21,309 bases of DNA from an uncultured virus (IMG/VR IMGVR_UViG_3300015606_001060) (IMGVR_UViG_3300015606_001060); one strand, 5' to 3'; positions 7,224 to 16,597 are shown, counted from the first letter of the stretch. A program made the numbers and translations. The notes: generated from the sequence alone by a model not told the origin.

Positions 7224-7251
7224 AGTATAGCAAGTGCTAACAAATTAGCAA
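7224..7251 (-). promoter_or_regulatory. Leftward sigma70-type promoter with overlapping palindromic operator candidate
   Basis: Minus strand TTGCTA-N16-TATACT with extended -10 TGn; AT-rich upstream; palindrome TGCTAA-CAAA-TTAGCA at 7235-7250. Confidence 0.7.
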
Positions 7252-7297
7252 TAAGAATTTGCACAATCACGTAAATATTTTTACCACCAACGAATAC

Positions 7298-7705
7298 ATG
7301 ACCGCATCGAACCCTGAAACGGCGCGCCTCGAAGCGCACTTAGAGCATGTGCGTGACGACATCGGCGAGATGAAAGTCGTCATCTCCGATATGGCCAAGG
7401 CCATCCGAACACTGACCAGCATTGAGGCGAAGCAGGAAGAGCACAACGGGGCGATTAGCCGGTGCTTCACGGAAATCGGCGAGGTAAGGGCGCGGGTTAC
7501 GTCCCTGGAGATTCAGCAGCCACTGGCCAAGCAGACACAGGGGATTGTGAACAAGGCGGTCGAGGTGATTCTGGTCGCTGTACTGGGTGCCTTGATTGCC
7601 CTGGTCGTGGTGAAGCCGGCCGAGGTGAAGGCGCAGCCGGCCGTCATCCAGGCATCGCCGGCCAGCAAGGGAATGGAGGGGCAGACACATGGCACGCCCA
7701 AGTAA
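7298..7705 (+). CDS. Coiled-coil protein with C-terminal transmembrane helix (possibly holin/XhlA-like), 135 aa
   Basis: Heptad-like N-terminus then AVEVILVAVLGALIALVVVK; first gene of the rightward arm. Confidence 0.6.
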   Translation: MTASNPETARLEAHLEHVRDDIGEMKVVISDMAKAIRTLTSIEAKQEEHNGAISRCFTEIGEVRARVTSLEIQQPLAKQTQGIVNKAVEVILVAVLGALIALVVVKPAEVKAQPAVIQASPASKGMEGQTHGTPK

Positions 7706-8309
7706 GGAGAATGCAGCCGACTGGGAGGCCATTGAGCGGGCTTACCGGCTGGGTAATAAGACTATCAGCCAGTTGGCTGACGAGTATGGGGTGAATAAGT
7801 CATCCATCTCTCGCCGGGCCAAGTCTTCGGGGTGGATTCAGGACAAGACCGAGGAAGTGCAAACGATTGCGAGCGCATTGCTAACGCAGTCCCTTTGTGT
7901 AAATGCAACACCGAACGCAACGAATAACGCAACACCCAGTGCATTTGACGTGCAGGTTGCGGCGCAAACCCAGGCAAACGTGGTGCTTGGCCATCGCAAA
8001 GGGCTGGCGCGCCTGACTTTGTTGCGCGACAAGCTGCTGGATGACATTGAGGGCGCGATTGATTTGCTGGGCAGTCACCAGGAGATTCTGAGCGCGCTGG
8101 CCGATGGTGATGGCGAGGCGCTGGTGTCGCGTGTCTCGAAGGTGCTCGGTCGCTCGGTGATCATCGACGACTTGAAGAAGCTGACCGAGATTGACGAGAA
8201 GGTGCGCAAGGGCGAGCGCGAGGCCTTCGGCATCAAGGAAGAGGGCGAAAAGGTTTCGAGCTATGAGCAGATGCTTGAACGCCTGGCCAACGTGGAGCTT
8301 CCGACCTGA
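7689..8309 (+). CDS. terS: Terminase small subunit (putative)
   Basis: N-terminal HTH (DWEAIERAYRLG...ISQLADEYGVNKSSISRRAKSSGW); directly upstream of TerL. Confidence 0.75.
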   Translation: MARPSKENAADWEAIERAYRLGNKTISQLADEYGVNKSSISRRAKSSGWIQDKTEEVQTIASALLTQSLCVNATPNATNNATPSAFDVQVAAQTQANVVLGHRKGLARLTLLRDKLLDDIEGAIDLLGSHQEILSALADGDGEALVSRVSKVLGRSVIIDDLKKLTEIDEKVRKGEREAFGIKEEGEKVSSYEQMLERLANVELPT

Positions 8310-8328
8310 TGGGCGCTGACGGTTCGTA

Positions 8329-9852
8329 ATGGGCGCGCTTTCTCCGCTCGAAATCGGCTTCCTGCGCGTTCGGGATAACCTCGAAGTATTCGCGGCCACT
8401 TGCCTGCGCATCAAGGACAAGGCGGGCGACAGCAAGCCATTCCTGTTCAATCAGGCGCAGCAATACGTGCATGAGCGGCTGGAGCAGCAGCTGAAGCAAA
8501 CCGGAAAGGTGCGGGCGCTGATCCTGAAGGGGCGGCAGCAGGGCATCTCGACATACATCTCAGCGCGCTTCTATCACAAGACGACGATGAAGACAGGCCA
8601 AACGGCCTTGATTGTCGCGCACGAACAGAAGGCGACTGACAACCTGTTCAAGATGGTCAAGCGGTATCACGACCACAACCCGCTGCCGGTCAGCACGGGC
8701 AACACGAACGCCAAGGAACTGATTTTCGACAAGCTGGGCGGGGGCTACATGCTGGCCACTGCCGGCAGCAAGGACGTGGCGCGCGGCAATACGGCCCAGT
8801 TCGCGCATCTCTCGGAGTTCGCCTTCTGGCAGAACGCCAACATGCACATGGCGGGCCTGGGCAACATCGTCGCCGACCTGCCGGGCACCGAGATGGTGAT
8901 GGAATCCACGGCAAACGGCCTGGGCAACGCCTTTCACTCGCTCTGGCAGGATGCCGAAGCCGGGCTAAACGACTTCATCGCCATCTTTGTGCCGTGGTAC
9001 TGGCAGCCGGAATATCAGGCGCCGGTTAAAAAAGATTTCACGCTATCCGGCGAGGATCGTGAATACCAGCTTGCCTACGGGCTGACGCTGGAGCAAATGC
9101 AGTGGCGCGCCAACAAGATTTCCACGTATGGCGCGGGCTTTGAATGGCTGTTCGACCAGGAATACCCGGCTACCGCTGCGCTCGCTTTCAAGACCTCGAC
9201 GCAGAACCCGCTGATTTCGCCAAATCTGGTCATGCAGGCGGTTCATTCGACCTACCTTGACCCGCAGGCGCCACTGATCATTGGTTGCGATCCCGCGGGC
9301 GACGGGGCGAACGATGCTGACCGCACGGCGATTGCCTTCCGTCGTGGCCGCATGGTGCAGCGCATCGAGTATCACAGCGGCCTGAATACGATGCAGATCG
9401 CCGGCAAACTGGCGGAATACGTGCGCACTTACCAGCCGGATGGCCTCTTCATCGATAAGGGCGGCCTGGGCGCTGGCATCTATGACCGGCTGCTGGAACT
9501 GAATATCAACGTCATCGGCGTGAATAGCGCAACTGCAGCCATCGACCACGAACGCTACGAGAACAAGCGGGCTGAAATGTGGTGGTTGATGCGCGAATGG
9601 TTCGAGAACCAGCCTTGCCGGCTGCCGAACAACCCGGCGCTGATTGCCGACATCACCAGCCCACAGCCGAAGGTGTCGAGCAATGGCCGAAAGTTGCTGG
9701 AGAAGAAAGAGGACATGGCCAAGCGTGGTATTCGCTCGCCTGACGGCGCGGACGCACTGGCGCTGACCTTCGCCTTTCCTGTCGCCACCCGTGGCAGCGC
9801 TGACACTGGCGGGCAACGCGATAACACGCCGGCCACGTCTGCCGGTTACTGA
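8329..9852 (+). CDS. terL: Terminase large subunit
   Basis: Walker A ILKGRQQGIST, Walker B AHLSE, EST coupling motif, nuclease motifs IIGCDPA and RSPDGADALALTFA. Confidence 0.95.
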   Translation: MGALSPLEIGFLRVRDNLEVFAATCLRIKDKAGDSKPFLFNQAQQYVHERLEQQLKQTGKVRALILKGRQQGISTYISARFYHKTTMKTGQTALIVAHEQKATDNLFKMVKRYHDHNPLPVSTGNTNAKELIFDKLGGGYMLATAGSKDVARGNTAQFAHLSEFAFWQNANMHMAGLGNIVADLPGTEMVMESTANGLGNAFHSLWQDAEAGLNDFIAIFVPWYWQPEYQAPVKKDFTLSGEDREYQLAYGLTLEQMQWRANKISTYGAGFEWLFDQEYPATAALAFKTSTQNPLISPNLVMQAVHSTYLDPQAPLIIGCDPAGDGANDADRTAIAFRRGRMVQRIEYHSGLNTMQIAGKLAEYVRTYQPDGLFIDKGGLGAGIYDRLLELNINVIGVNSATAAIDHERYENKRAEMWWLMREWFENQPCRLPNNPALIADITSPQPKVSSNGRKLLEKKEDMAKRGIRSPDGADALALTFAFPVATRGSADTGGQRDNTPATSAGY

Positions 9853-9860
9853 GGAATCCC

Positions 9861-10274
9861 ATGCAAACCTACATCGGAACAAAGACCGTCAAGGCAGCAC
9901 CCATGACGCGCGGCGATTACAACGTGCTGCGCGGCTGGGAATGCCCGGCCGACGAGAACCCGGCAGACGCTGGCTTTCTCGTCGAATACGTGGATGGCGG
10001 CAAGGCCAATCACCCGGATTTCGCCGGCTACGTCAGCTGGTCGCCGGCTGGCGTGTTCGAGCGCGCCTACAGGCTGGCGGATACCTGGCTCGACCGGCTG
10101 CGCATCGAGCGCGACGAACTGAGCGCACGACTGGACAAGCTGACGGCTTTCACCGAGTCGCCCGCCTTCAATGACGTGCCCGAGCACGATGCGGCCCTGC
10201 TGCTCGACCAGCGCAACGCCATGGCAGGCTATCTGGAAATCCTGACGGTGCGCATTGAGAGGGCTGGCCAATGA
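9861..10274 (+). CDS. Conserved phage protein (YIGTK...YVSWSPAGVFERAY plus coiled coil)
   Basis: Recognisable motif family frequent in phage morphogenesis regions; GAGGA RBS. Confidence 0.8.
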   Translation: MQTYIGTKTVKAAPMTRGDYNVLRGWECPADENPADAGFLVEYVDGGKANHPDFAGYVSWSPAGVFERAYRLADTWLDRLRIERDELSARLDKLTAFTESPAFNDVPEHDAALLLDQRNAMAGYLEILTVRIERAGQ

Positions 10275-10669
10275 GCGCGGATGCCATCGAGGCCCAGCTG
10301 CAGGCCACTGCCAAGGCGCCGCGCATCACGCCGGATGACATCGAGGCGAATATCAAGGGCGAGCACTATTTCACTGCGGCCGATGGTATTCGCGGTGCAA
10401 ACGAACTTGAGTGTGAGCAAGGCGACCCGCTGACGCTGCTGACATTCTGCGTGCTCGAACTGCGCAATGGCTTCACGGTGACGGGCGAATCGGCCTGTGC
10501 TTCGCCGGAAAACTTCAACGCCGAGATTGGCCGCCAGATTGCCCGCCAGAACGCTGTTGCGAAGGTTTGGCCGCTGATGGGCTATCAGCTGAGATCAACG
10601 CTATGGCACCAGCAGCAGCTGCTCGCCGAGCGCAATAAGGCAGGCGAAGCCATGGAGGTGCGACCGTGA
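10271..10669 (+). CDS. Gp49 family protein (Phage_gp49_66-like)
   Basis: LTFCVLELRNGFTVTGESACASPENFNAEIGRQIA...VWPLMGY signature. Confidence 0.9.
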   Translation: MSADAIEAQLQATAKAPRITPDDIEANIKGEHYFTAADGIRGANELECEQGDPLTLLTFCVLELRNGFTVTGESACASPENFNAEIGRQIARQNAVAKVWPLMGYQLRSTLWHQQQLLAERNKAGEAMEVRP

Positions 10670-10821
10670 GCAAGCAAGAGCAAACCTTTGAAGACGCCTG
10701 GCTCGATGGCGAGGCGCCGGCCGCACCCGAGCACGCCCGCAAGAAGAAGGCCGCCGACGACGAGCGGATGGCCGAATCGGCCGCCTTTTCGGCCTCATGG
10801 AATGAACTGAAGGACGAATAG
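10666..10821 (+). CDS. Small charged hypothetical protein (51 aa, GTG start), not in the ORF track
   Basis: GGAGG RBS, GTGA overlap with the Gp49 stop, ends 4 nt before the portal start. Confidence 0.6.
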   Translation: MSKQEQTFEDAWLDGEAPAAPEHARKKKAADDERMAESAAFSASWNELKDE

Positions 10822-10825
10822 CCAC

Positions 10826-13117
10826 ATGGAAGCTGTTTTGATGATGGAAGAAGAGCAAAAGCCGGCCGACGAGTTCGAGCACGCCGCGGCACAGGCCTTT
10901 GCCGAACCCGAGGCGCAGGAGCAAGCGGTTCAATCGGCGCTTGGTACTCGCCTCCTATCCGAGTTCGCCCAGGCAGAGGGCGACCGGCGATTGACTGAAG
11001 AGCGCTGGCTGAAGGATTTGCGGCAATACCGTGGGGTGTATGACCCCGATGTACTCGCCAAGATCGGCGTCAATCGCTCCAAGGCCTTCGTGCGCAAGAC
11101 GCGCGTCAAGGTGAAGACCATCGATTCCCGCGTCGCCGACCTGCTTTTCCCGGCTGGCACGGAAAAGAACTGGGACGTTAAGCCGACGCCGAAGCCCAGC
11201 ATCTCGAAAGAGCAGCGCGCCATCATCATCCAGCAGCTGAAGGCCATGCAGGCCCAGGCGGCGCAGATGGGCGGCCAGGCTGTCCCGCTCAACGATGACG
11301 CCATCGGCAAGGCGGTCGTCAATTTCGCCAAGGAATCGGCGAAGAAGATGGCGAAGACCATCGAGGATCAGCTAGTCGAATCGCGCTACAAAGAGGTGTG
11401 CATCAAAGCGGTGCATTCGGGCCACTTGTACGGCACGGGCATCATCAAAGGCCCGCTCATTGAGCGCAAGGTGCGCACGCGCTTCGTGATGGAGGGCGGC
11501 AAGTGGGTAGCGAAGAGCGAGAGCTATGTCGTGCCCTTCGTCGATTATGTGCCGCTGTGGCGATTCTATCCCGACATGAACGCCACGCAACTGAGCGAGT
11601 GCCGCTACGTCTATGAGCGACACAACATGACGGTCAGCGACCTGGCCGAACTGGCCGAGCGCAAGAGTTTCAACAAGAAGGCCATCGTCAGCTACATCAA
11701 GAGTCATCCGCATGGGCAGACAACGCCGCGCTACATCGACAACGAACTGAAGTTGATTGGCGACCGGCAGCAGAACCAGGGGCAGCAGGGGCGAGGCATG
11801 TTCGAGGTGCTGGAGCGCTGGGGCTGGCTGACCGGGCAGGACTTGCTGGACGTGGGCGTTAAGGTGCCGGCCGAACGGGTGCATGAGGCGTTTTTCTCGA
11901 ACGTCTGGCTGCTGCCGAACGGGGAGGTGATCAAGGCCGTTTTGCAGCCGATCAATGGCGTGACCTGGCCCTATCACATCTACAGCTTTGACAAGGACGA
12001 AACCAGCATTTTCTGCGAAGGCCTGGCCGCGGTCATGCGCGACGACCAGACCATGCTGAATGCCGCGGTGCGCTTGATGCTGGATAACGGCGCGCTGACT
12101 TCCGGCCCCATGGTCGAGGTTACGCCTCAGTTGCTGTCGAGCTACGACAAGATTGACGAGTTGGCGCCCTGGAAGGTTTGGACTCGCAACCTGACGAACC
12201 CCGGCGCGCCGGCTATTCGCCCCATTGAGTTGCCGAGCCATCTGAACGAACTGCAGGCCATGGCCAATATGTTCGAGCAGAACACCGACGAGGTGACGGC
12301 GATCCCGCGCTACATGACCGGCGAGAATGCCACCCAAGGCGCAGCCGGCACAGCGGCAGGCATGTCGATGCTGATGGGCGCGGCAAACATCGTCATCAAG
12401 GATTTGATCACCAGCTGGGACGAGGGCATTACGCGGCCCTTCCTGCAGGCGCTGTACCGCTGGAACATGCAATTCAACCCGGACAACAGCATCAAGGGCG
12501 ATTTTGACGTGCAGGCCCGCGGCGCCGCTTCGCTGGTGGCCAAGGAGGTGCGCGGCCGGCTGCTCAACGAGTTTGGGCAGATGACGGCGAACCCGCTCGA
12601 TGCGCCGTTCATCAAGCGGGACGTGTTCAACCGGTTGCGCGCCGAGGCGCTGGAAATGTCCGATGTCGTCAAGACCGAGGATGAAGTGATGGCCGAGCAG
12701 CAAGGCGGCCCGGCCCAGGCCCAGATGCAGATGCAGCAGCAGCTGCAGCAGCTGGAGGTGGCGCTGAAGCAGGCCCAGGTGACGGAGATGCAGATGAAGG
12801 CCGAGCGCTCTAAGGCCGAGGCGGCCCGCATCCAGGCGGATGAAATCCTGCAGCGCGCCAAGACGATCAGCGAGCGGGTATCCGCGGCTTATGCGGCCCT
12901 GCAGGCGGGTGGCGTGGTGGCCGCTTCGCCGCACGCTGCCGAGCCGGGCGACGAAATCCTGCGCTCCGCGGGCTGGGAGGATGCAACGCCCGAGCAGAGC
13001 ATTGCGCAGACCATGGCGGGCGCCCAGCCTGGCCCGGCCTTCGATGCGCCGCCGATGCAGCCGGCGACGGGATTCGCCGGGGAGCACGCCGGGATTGAAA
13101 CGGAGGAGTTCGTCTGA
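10826..13117 (+). CDS. Portal protein (podovirus/P22-like)
   Basis: 763 aa downstream of TerL; YGTGIIK, FYPD, TAAGMSMLM motifs; Gln-rich C-terminal coiled coil. Confidence 0.9.
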   Translation: MEAVLMMEEEQKPADEFEHAAAQAFAEPEAQEQAVQSALGTRLLSEFAQAEGDRRLTEERWLKDLRQYRGVYDPDVLAKIGVNRSKAFVRKTRVKVKTIDSRVADLLFPAGTEKNWDVKPTPKPSISKEQRAIIIQQLKAMQAQAAQMGGQAVPLNDDAIGKAVVNFAKESAKKMAKTIEDQLVESRYKEVCIKAVHSGHLYGTGIIKGPLIERKVRTRFVMEGGKWVAKSESYVVPFVDYVPLWRFYPDMNATQLSECRYVYERHNMTVSDLAELAERKSFNKKAIVSYIKSHPHGQTTPRYIDNELKLIGDRQQNQGQQGRGMFEVLERWGWLTGQDLLDVGVKVPAERVHEAFFSNVWLLPNGEVIKAVLQPINGVTWPYHIYSFDKDETSIFCEGLAAVMRDDQTMLNAAVRLMLDNGALTSGPMVEVTPQLLSSYDKIDELAPWKVWTRNLTNPGAPAIRPIELPSHLNELQAMANMFEQNTDEVTAIPRYMTGENATQGAAGTAAGMSMLMGAANIVIKDLITSWDEGITRPFLQALYRWNMQFNPDNSIKGDFDVQARGAASLVAKEVRGRLLNEFGQMTANPLDAPFIKRDVFNRLRAEALEMSDVVKTEDEVMAEQQGGPAQAQMQMQQQLQQLEVALKQAQVTEMQMKAERSKAEAARIQADEILQRAKTISERVSAAYAALQAGGVVAASPHAAEPGDEILRSAGWEDATPEQSIAQTMAGAQPGPAFDAPPMQPATGFAGEHAGIETEEFV

Positions 13118-13887
13118 TGGCCGAGTACGGGAAGCGCGCCAACGGCACGCCAAAGGGGCGCGGTTATTTTGGCGAAATCAAGATGAAAGATGGCTCTGTG
13201 ATGACCGAGCTAGGGGTGAATGAAACCGTGGATGGCGAGGACTTGCACTATCCGCTGATTCACCCCGGCATGTCGCGCGACGACCTGGATTGGTTGGCGT
13301 CTGGGAAGAAGCCGACCGGCGCCATGTATGACGCTGCACTTGGCCATGCCATGAAGCGGAGAGCGGCCGGGCGCGACCCGTTCGCTGGCGAGGATGACGA
13401 GGTGATGCCGATGCCTGAACCGGCCAAGAAGTTCGCCGATGGCGGCATGCTCGACCAGTACCGTGCGCTCAAGAAGGAATATCCGACTGCCTACACGGTG
13501 GCGGCCATTGCGCCAGTCACCGGGCAAGCGCTGGCCGTTGCCGATTACGCCGACGCGATGGATAGAGGCGACACTGGCGACGGCATCATGGCCGCAGCCT
13601 CGTTAATTCCAGGCATCAAGCTGGCAAAGCTGGGCAGCAAAATCGCACCAGCGGCGCATGAGCTTGCCATTGCCAAGACGTTCTACCCAAAGAGCGCCCG
13701 CGCGGTTCTTGCGCCAATGACGGCAAACTCAGACCGGATTGGAAAGGTTGCTGCTGCAGAGCAGCTTGGCGAATACGCCGACAATAAGGCAAGCGAGTAC
13801 GCCATGCGCAAGGCCGAGCACGATGCCAAGAACCGGCAGGACAACGAGGCTTATTCAATGGCCTGGCATGACGTGGTGAAGCAATGA
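13117..13887 (+). CDS. Two-part hypothetical protein, possibly virion-associated (256 aa)
   Basis: TGATG overlap with the portal stop; GGAG RBS; KFADGG junction. Confidence 0.7.
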   Translation: MAEYGKRANGTPKGRGYFGEIKMKDGSVMTELGVNETVDGEDLHYPLIHPGMSRDDLDWLASGKKPTGAMYDAALGHAMKRRAAGRDPFAGEDDEVMPMPEPAKKFADGGMLDQYRALKKEYPTAYTVAAIAPVTGQALAVADYADAMDRGDTGDGIMAAASLIPGIKLAKLGSKIAPAAHELAIAKTFYPKSARAVLAPMTANSDRIGKVAAAEQLGEYADNKASEYAMRKAEHDAKNRQDNEAYSMAWHDVVKQ

Positions 13888-14123
13888 ACGAAATCAAAGC
13901 CCATGAGCGACTGCTGGCGGCCGCGGATGACGTGCGCCAGTTCGCCGGCTGCGATGCGTCGCGCTGCTTTGCGGCCTTGCTCGAATCGCTGGTCGAGAGC
14001 TATCGCTTCGACCTTGAGAACGCCACGCCGGAAACGCTAGGCGCCACCCAGGCCAAGCTGAAACAGGTGCGTGCGCTGCTGGCAGTGGTGGCCGGCGATA
14101 CAAATGCGTCGGCAAAAATTTAG
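13884..14123 (+). CDS. Hypothetical helical protein between portal and scaffold (79 aa)
   Basis: ATGA overlap; position in the head module. Confidence 0.7.
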   Translation: MNEIKAHERLLAAADDVRQFAGCDASRCFAALLESLVESYRFDLENATPETLGATQAKLKQVRALLAVVAGDTNASAKI

Positions 14124-14148
14124 CACAGCAACCAACAAGGAAAAACCA

Positions 14149-15174
14149 ATGGCAACTCTCGAAGACCTGACCAGCAGCGAAGCTGAATTCGCTTCTGCTT
14201 TCAATGAAGACGTGCCCGAGCGCGCCGAGCTATCCGAAGACGAGGCTTTCGGCATCATGCCGTTGCAACCCAGCGAGGACGGTGCGAGCGATGGCAATTC
14301 GGCCGACCAGGGCGGCGCGGCAAAAGGTGGCGCCATGACCCTGCAACCGGCTGCCGGTGATGCGCTGCAGGCCGAGGCGGATGCTGTGGCTGGCGCTGCC
14401 GAGCCGGGCGAGCGCATCGAGGGTGATGTGGCCATGCAGGATCAGCCGAGCGAGGAAGATTTGCAGCGGCAACGCTCCTGGGAGGGGCGTTTGCGTGCCC
14501 GTGAGGCGCAGCTGGCCGCCAAGCAGGCTGAACTGGAGGCGTTGGCAGCCCAGCTGCAGGCCGGCCAGCAGCCGGTGATGCGCGCCGATGGCGGCGAAGT
14601 TGAGGATGCGCTGCACGAAGCCGGCGAGGGGGACGAGATCGAGGCAATGGAGGATGCTGCCGAGCAGCTGGAAAGCGGCAAGCCGGTCGATGCCGTCATT
14701 CAGTCACTGCGCGACGACTTCGGCGACGACTTTGTATCGGCCATTGAGTCGCTGGTGCAGGCCAAGGCGGCCGAAATCGCTGAAAGGATGGTTGGCGAGA
14801 AGGTGGGTGACGTGAATGGCGCCGTTGAGGCGCTGATTACCAACCTGCAAGACCGTGACGAGCGCGCCCATTTCAGCGCTATCGCCAAGGTGCACCCGGA
14901 TTTCATGGAGGTGGCCAACGGCGAAGGCATGGGCGCTTACCTGGCCGCGCTGCCGCCGAATGAACGCGCTGCTGCCGAGTCGGTTATTGACGGCGGTTCG
15001 GCCGAGGATGTTATCGCACTCATTGATGCGGTGAAGAGTCACGGTAAGCCGCAGGCGGCGCCGCAGGATGACGAGGCCATGGCAGCCGCCGAGGGGGTGC
15101 GCTCGAACGGCCTGAAGATTCCCGAGAAGCCGGGCAAGGCAGACGACTACGAGGGCGCCTGGGCCGAATTCTGA
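14149..15174 (+). CDS. Capsid scaffolding protein (putative, 341 aa)
   Basis: Very acidic, coiled-coil (RSWEGRLR...), directly upstream of the capsid gene; AAGGA RBS before ATG 14149. Confidence 0.75.
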   Translation: MATLEDLTSSEAEFASAFNEDVPERAELSEDEAFGIMPLQPSEDGASDGNSADQGGAAKGGAMTLQPAAGDALQAEADAVAGAAEPGERIEGDVAMQDQPSEEDLQRQRSWEGRLRAREAQLAAKQAELEALAAQLQAGQQPVMRADGGEVEDALHEAGEGDEIEAMEDAAEQLESGKPVDAVIQSLRDDFGDDFVSAIESLVQAKAAEIAERMVGEKVGDVNGAVEALITNLQDRDERAHFSAIAKVHPDFMEVANGEGMGAYLAALPPNERAAAESVIDGGSAEDVIALIDAVKSHGKPQAAPQDDEAMAAAEGVRSNGLKIPEKPGKADDYEGAWAEF

Positions 15175-15198
15175 TAGCGGCGCATGCAGCGACCAGAC

Positions 15199-15222
15199 AA
15201 GGCGCCTACGGGCGCCTTTTTT
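15199..15222 (+). terminator. Intrinsic terminator after the scaffold gene
   Basis: AAGGCGCC-TACG-GGCGCCTT followed by a T-tract. Confidence 0.85.
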
Positions 15223-15240
15223 GCGCAATCCTGCTAGAAA

Positions 15241-15258
15241 GTCTCAGTCAGTGGTGGC
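15241..15258 (+). repeat. 18-bp direct repeat copy 1 (GTCTCAGTCAGTGGTGGC), putative late promoter element
   Basis: Identical to 16520-16537. Confidence 0.8.
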
Positions 15259-15453
15259 CGCTACCATGTTGTAAAACAATCCATTCCGTTGAGGCGAGTT
15301 GCCTCGATGGAGCAAGACAAGCGACGCGCTGACGAAGTTGGTTGGGCTAAGGCCGAAAGCCTCCCCGTGATGACCAGCAGGCTCGGCATACGGCCCATGT
15401 GAGTCATTCGCTCCTTTCCATGAATGCCATCAATTCACGAAAGGATACCCACA

Positions 15454-16437
15454 ATGGCAATCAATACCTTCGGCGATATTTCGCCTCGTACTGCGGCCTA
15501 TGCCGAGAAGGAACTGCTGAAGCGCGGCCTGCCCTTCCTGGTGCTGGAGAAGTTCGGCCAAGCCAAGCCGTTGCCGGCCAACAACAGCAAGGTCATCAAG
15601 TTCCGCCGCTACAACCCGCTGCCGAACACCCCGGTCGCCCTGTCCGAAGGCGTGACCCCGACCAGCCAGAACCTGACCGTGACCGACGTTACGGCTACCC
15701 TGGTGCAGTATGGAGGCATCACCACGCTGACCGATGTCGTACTCGACACGCACGAAGACCCGGTACTGAACGAAGCTGTCGCCATCCTGGGCGAGCAGGC
15801 CGCTCAGATGATCGAAAAAATGCGTTTCGGCATCCTGGTCGCCGGCACCAACGTCGTTTACGCCAACGGCGCCGCCCGTAACGCAGTCAATACGACCATC
15901 TCGCTGGCCATTCAGCGCAAGTGCACCCGTGCCCTGAAGCGCCAGAATGCCCGCCCGATCACCAGCATCGTGCGCTCGACGCCGGCTTACGATACGGCCG
16001 CTGTCGCGCCGGGCTTCGTCGGCCTGATCCACCCCGACCTGGAGGGTGATGTTCGTAATCTGACTGGCTTCGTCCCGGCTGAAAAGTACGGCACGATGAC
16101 CCCGTGGGAAAACGAACTGGGCAAGTGCGAGGACGTGCGCTACGTGTCCTCGACCATCTTCGAGCCGTTCGCTGATGCCGGTGGCGCCAAGGGCACCATG
16201 CTCTCCACCACGGGTACGAACGCCGACGTGTATCCCATCCTGTACCTGGCACGCGACGCCTACGGCATCGTGGCGCTCAAGGGCCAGTATGCGGCCACGC
16301 CGATGGTCGTCAATCCGAAGCCGTCCGACTCCGACCCGCTGGCCCAGCGCGGTCACGCCGGCTGGAAGGCCATGCAGACCGCCGTCATCCTACAGGATGC
16401 CTGGATGGTTCGCTGCGAGGTGGCTGCAACCGCCTAA
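15454..16437 (+). CDS. Major capsid protein, N4-gp56 family (327 aa)
   Basis: GDISPRTAAYA, IKFRRY, LSEGVTP, QYG, DPLAQRGHAGWK motifs; strongly biased codons; AAGGA RBS. Confidence 0.93.
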   Translation: MAINTFGDISPRTAAYAEKELLKRGLPFLVLEKFGQAKPLPANNSKVIKFRRYNPLPNTPVALSEGVTPTSQNLTVTDVTATLVQYGGITTLTDVVLDTHEDPVLNEAVAILGEQAAQMIEKMRFGILVAGTNVVYANGAARNAVNTTISLAIQRKCTRALKRQNARPITSIVRSTPAYDTAAVAPGFVGLIHPDLEGDVRNLTGFVPAEKYGTMTPWENELGKCEDVRYVSSTIFEPFADAGGAKGTMLSTTGTNADVYPILYLARDAYGIVALKGQYAATPMVVNPKPSDSDPLAQRGHAGWKAMQTAVILQDAWMVRCEVAATA

Positions 16438-16456
16438 CCGCTTGGTTGCTGTGTGA

Positions 16457-16491
16457 AAAGGGGCGGGCCTTCGTGGCTCGCCCTTTTTTTT
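16457..16491 (+). terminator. Intrinsic terminator after the capsid gene
   Basis: GGGCGGGCC-TTCGT-GGCTCGCCC followed by T8. Confidence 0.9.
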
Positions 16492-16519
16492 GACTCGTTT
16501 TGCGATGCGTTGCGCGCAT

Positions 16520-16537
16520 GTCTCAGTCAGTGGTGGC
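16520..16537 (+). repeat. 18-bp direct repeat copy 2
   Basis: Identical to 15241-15258. Confidence 0.8.
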
Positions 16538-16597
16538 ACATGCGCCGCGCTCCGACAATCGCCAGGCAGCAATCACAACCAACCAACGAGGTTTTAC

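Noticed and set aside
11372..13153. 593-aa minus-strand ORF and other long antisense ORFs (e.g. 15430-16356, 9043-9882, 17213-18031)
   Set aside because: Shadow frames of GC-rich, codon-biased portal, capsid, terminase and adaptor genes; no recognisable motifs
15325..15390. Hammerhead ribozyme-like core (CTGACGA...GAAA-GCCT...AGGC-TC)
   Set aside because: Stem III could form, but the core-adjacent pairs of stem I (G.G) and stem II (A.C) are mismatched and a better alternative fold exists
16533..16548. Sigma54-like TGGCAC...GC (GG-N10-GC)
   Set aside because: Lacks TTGC at -12, and the sister repeat at 15241 does not keep the GC
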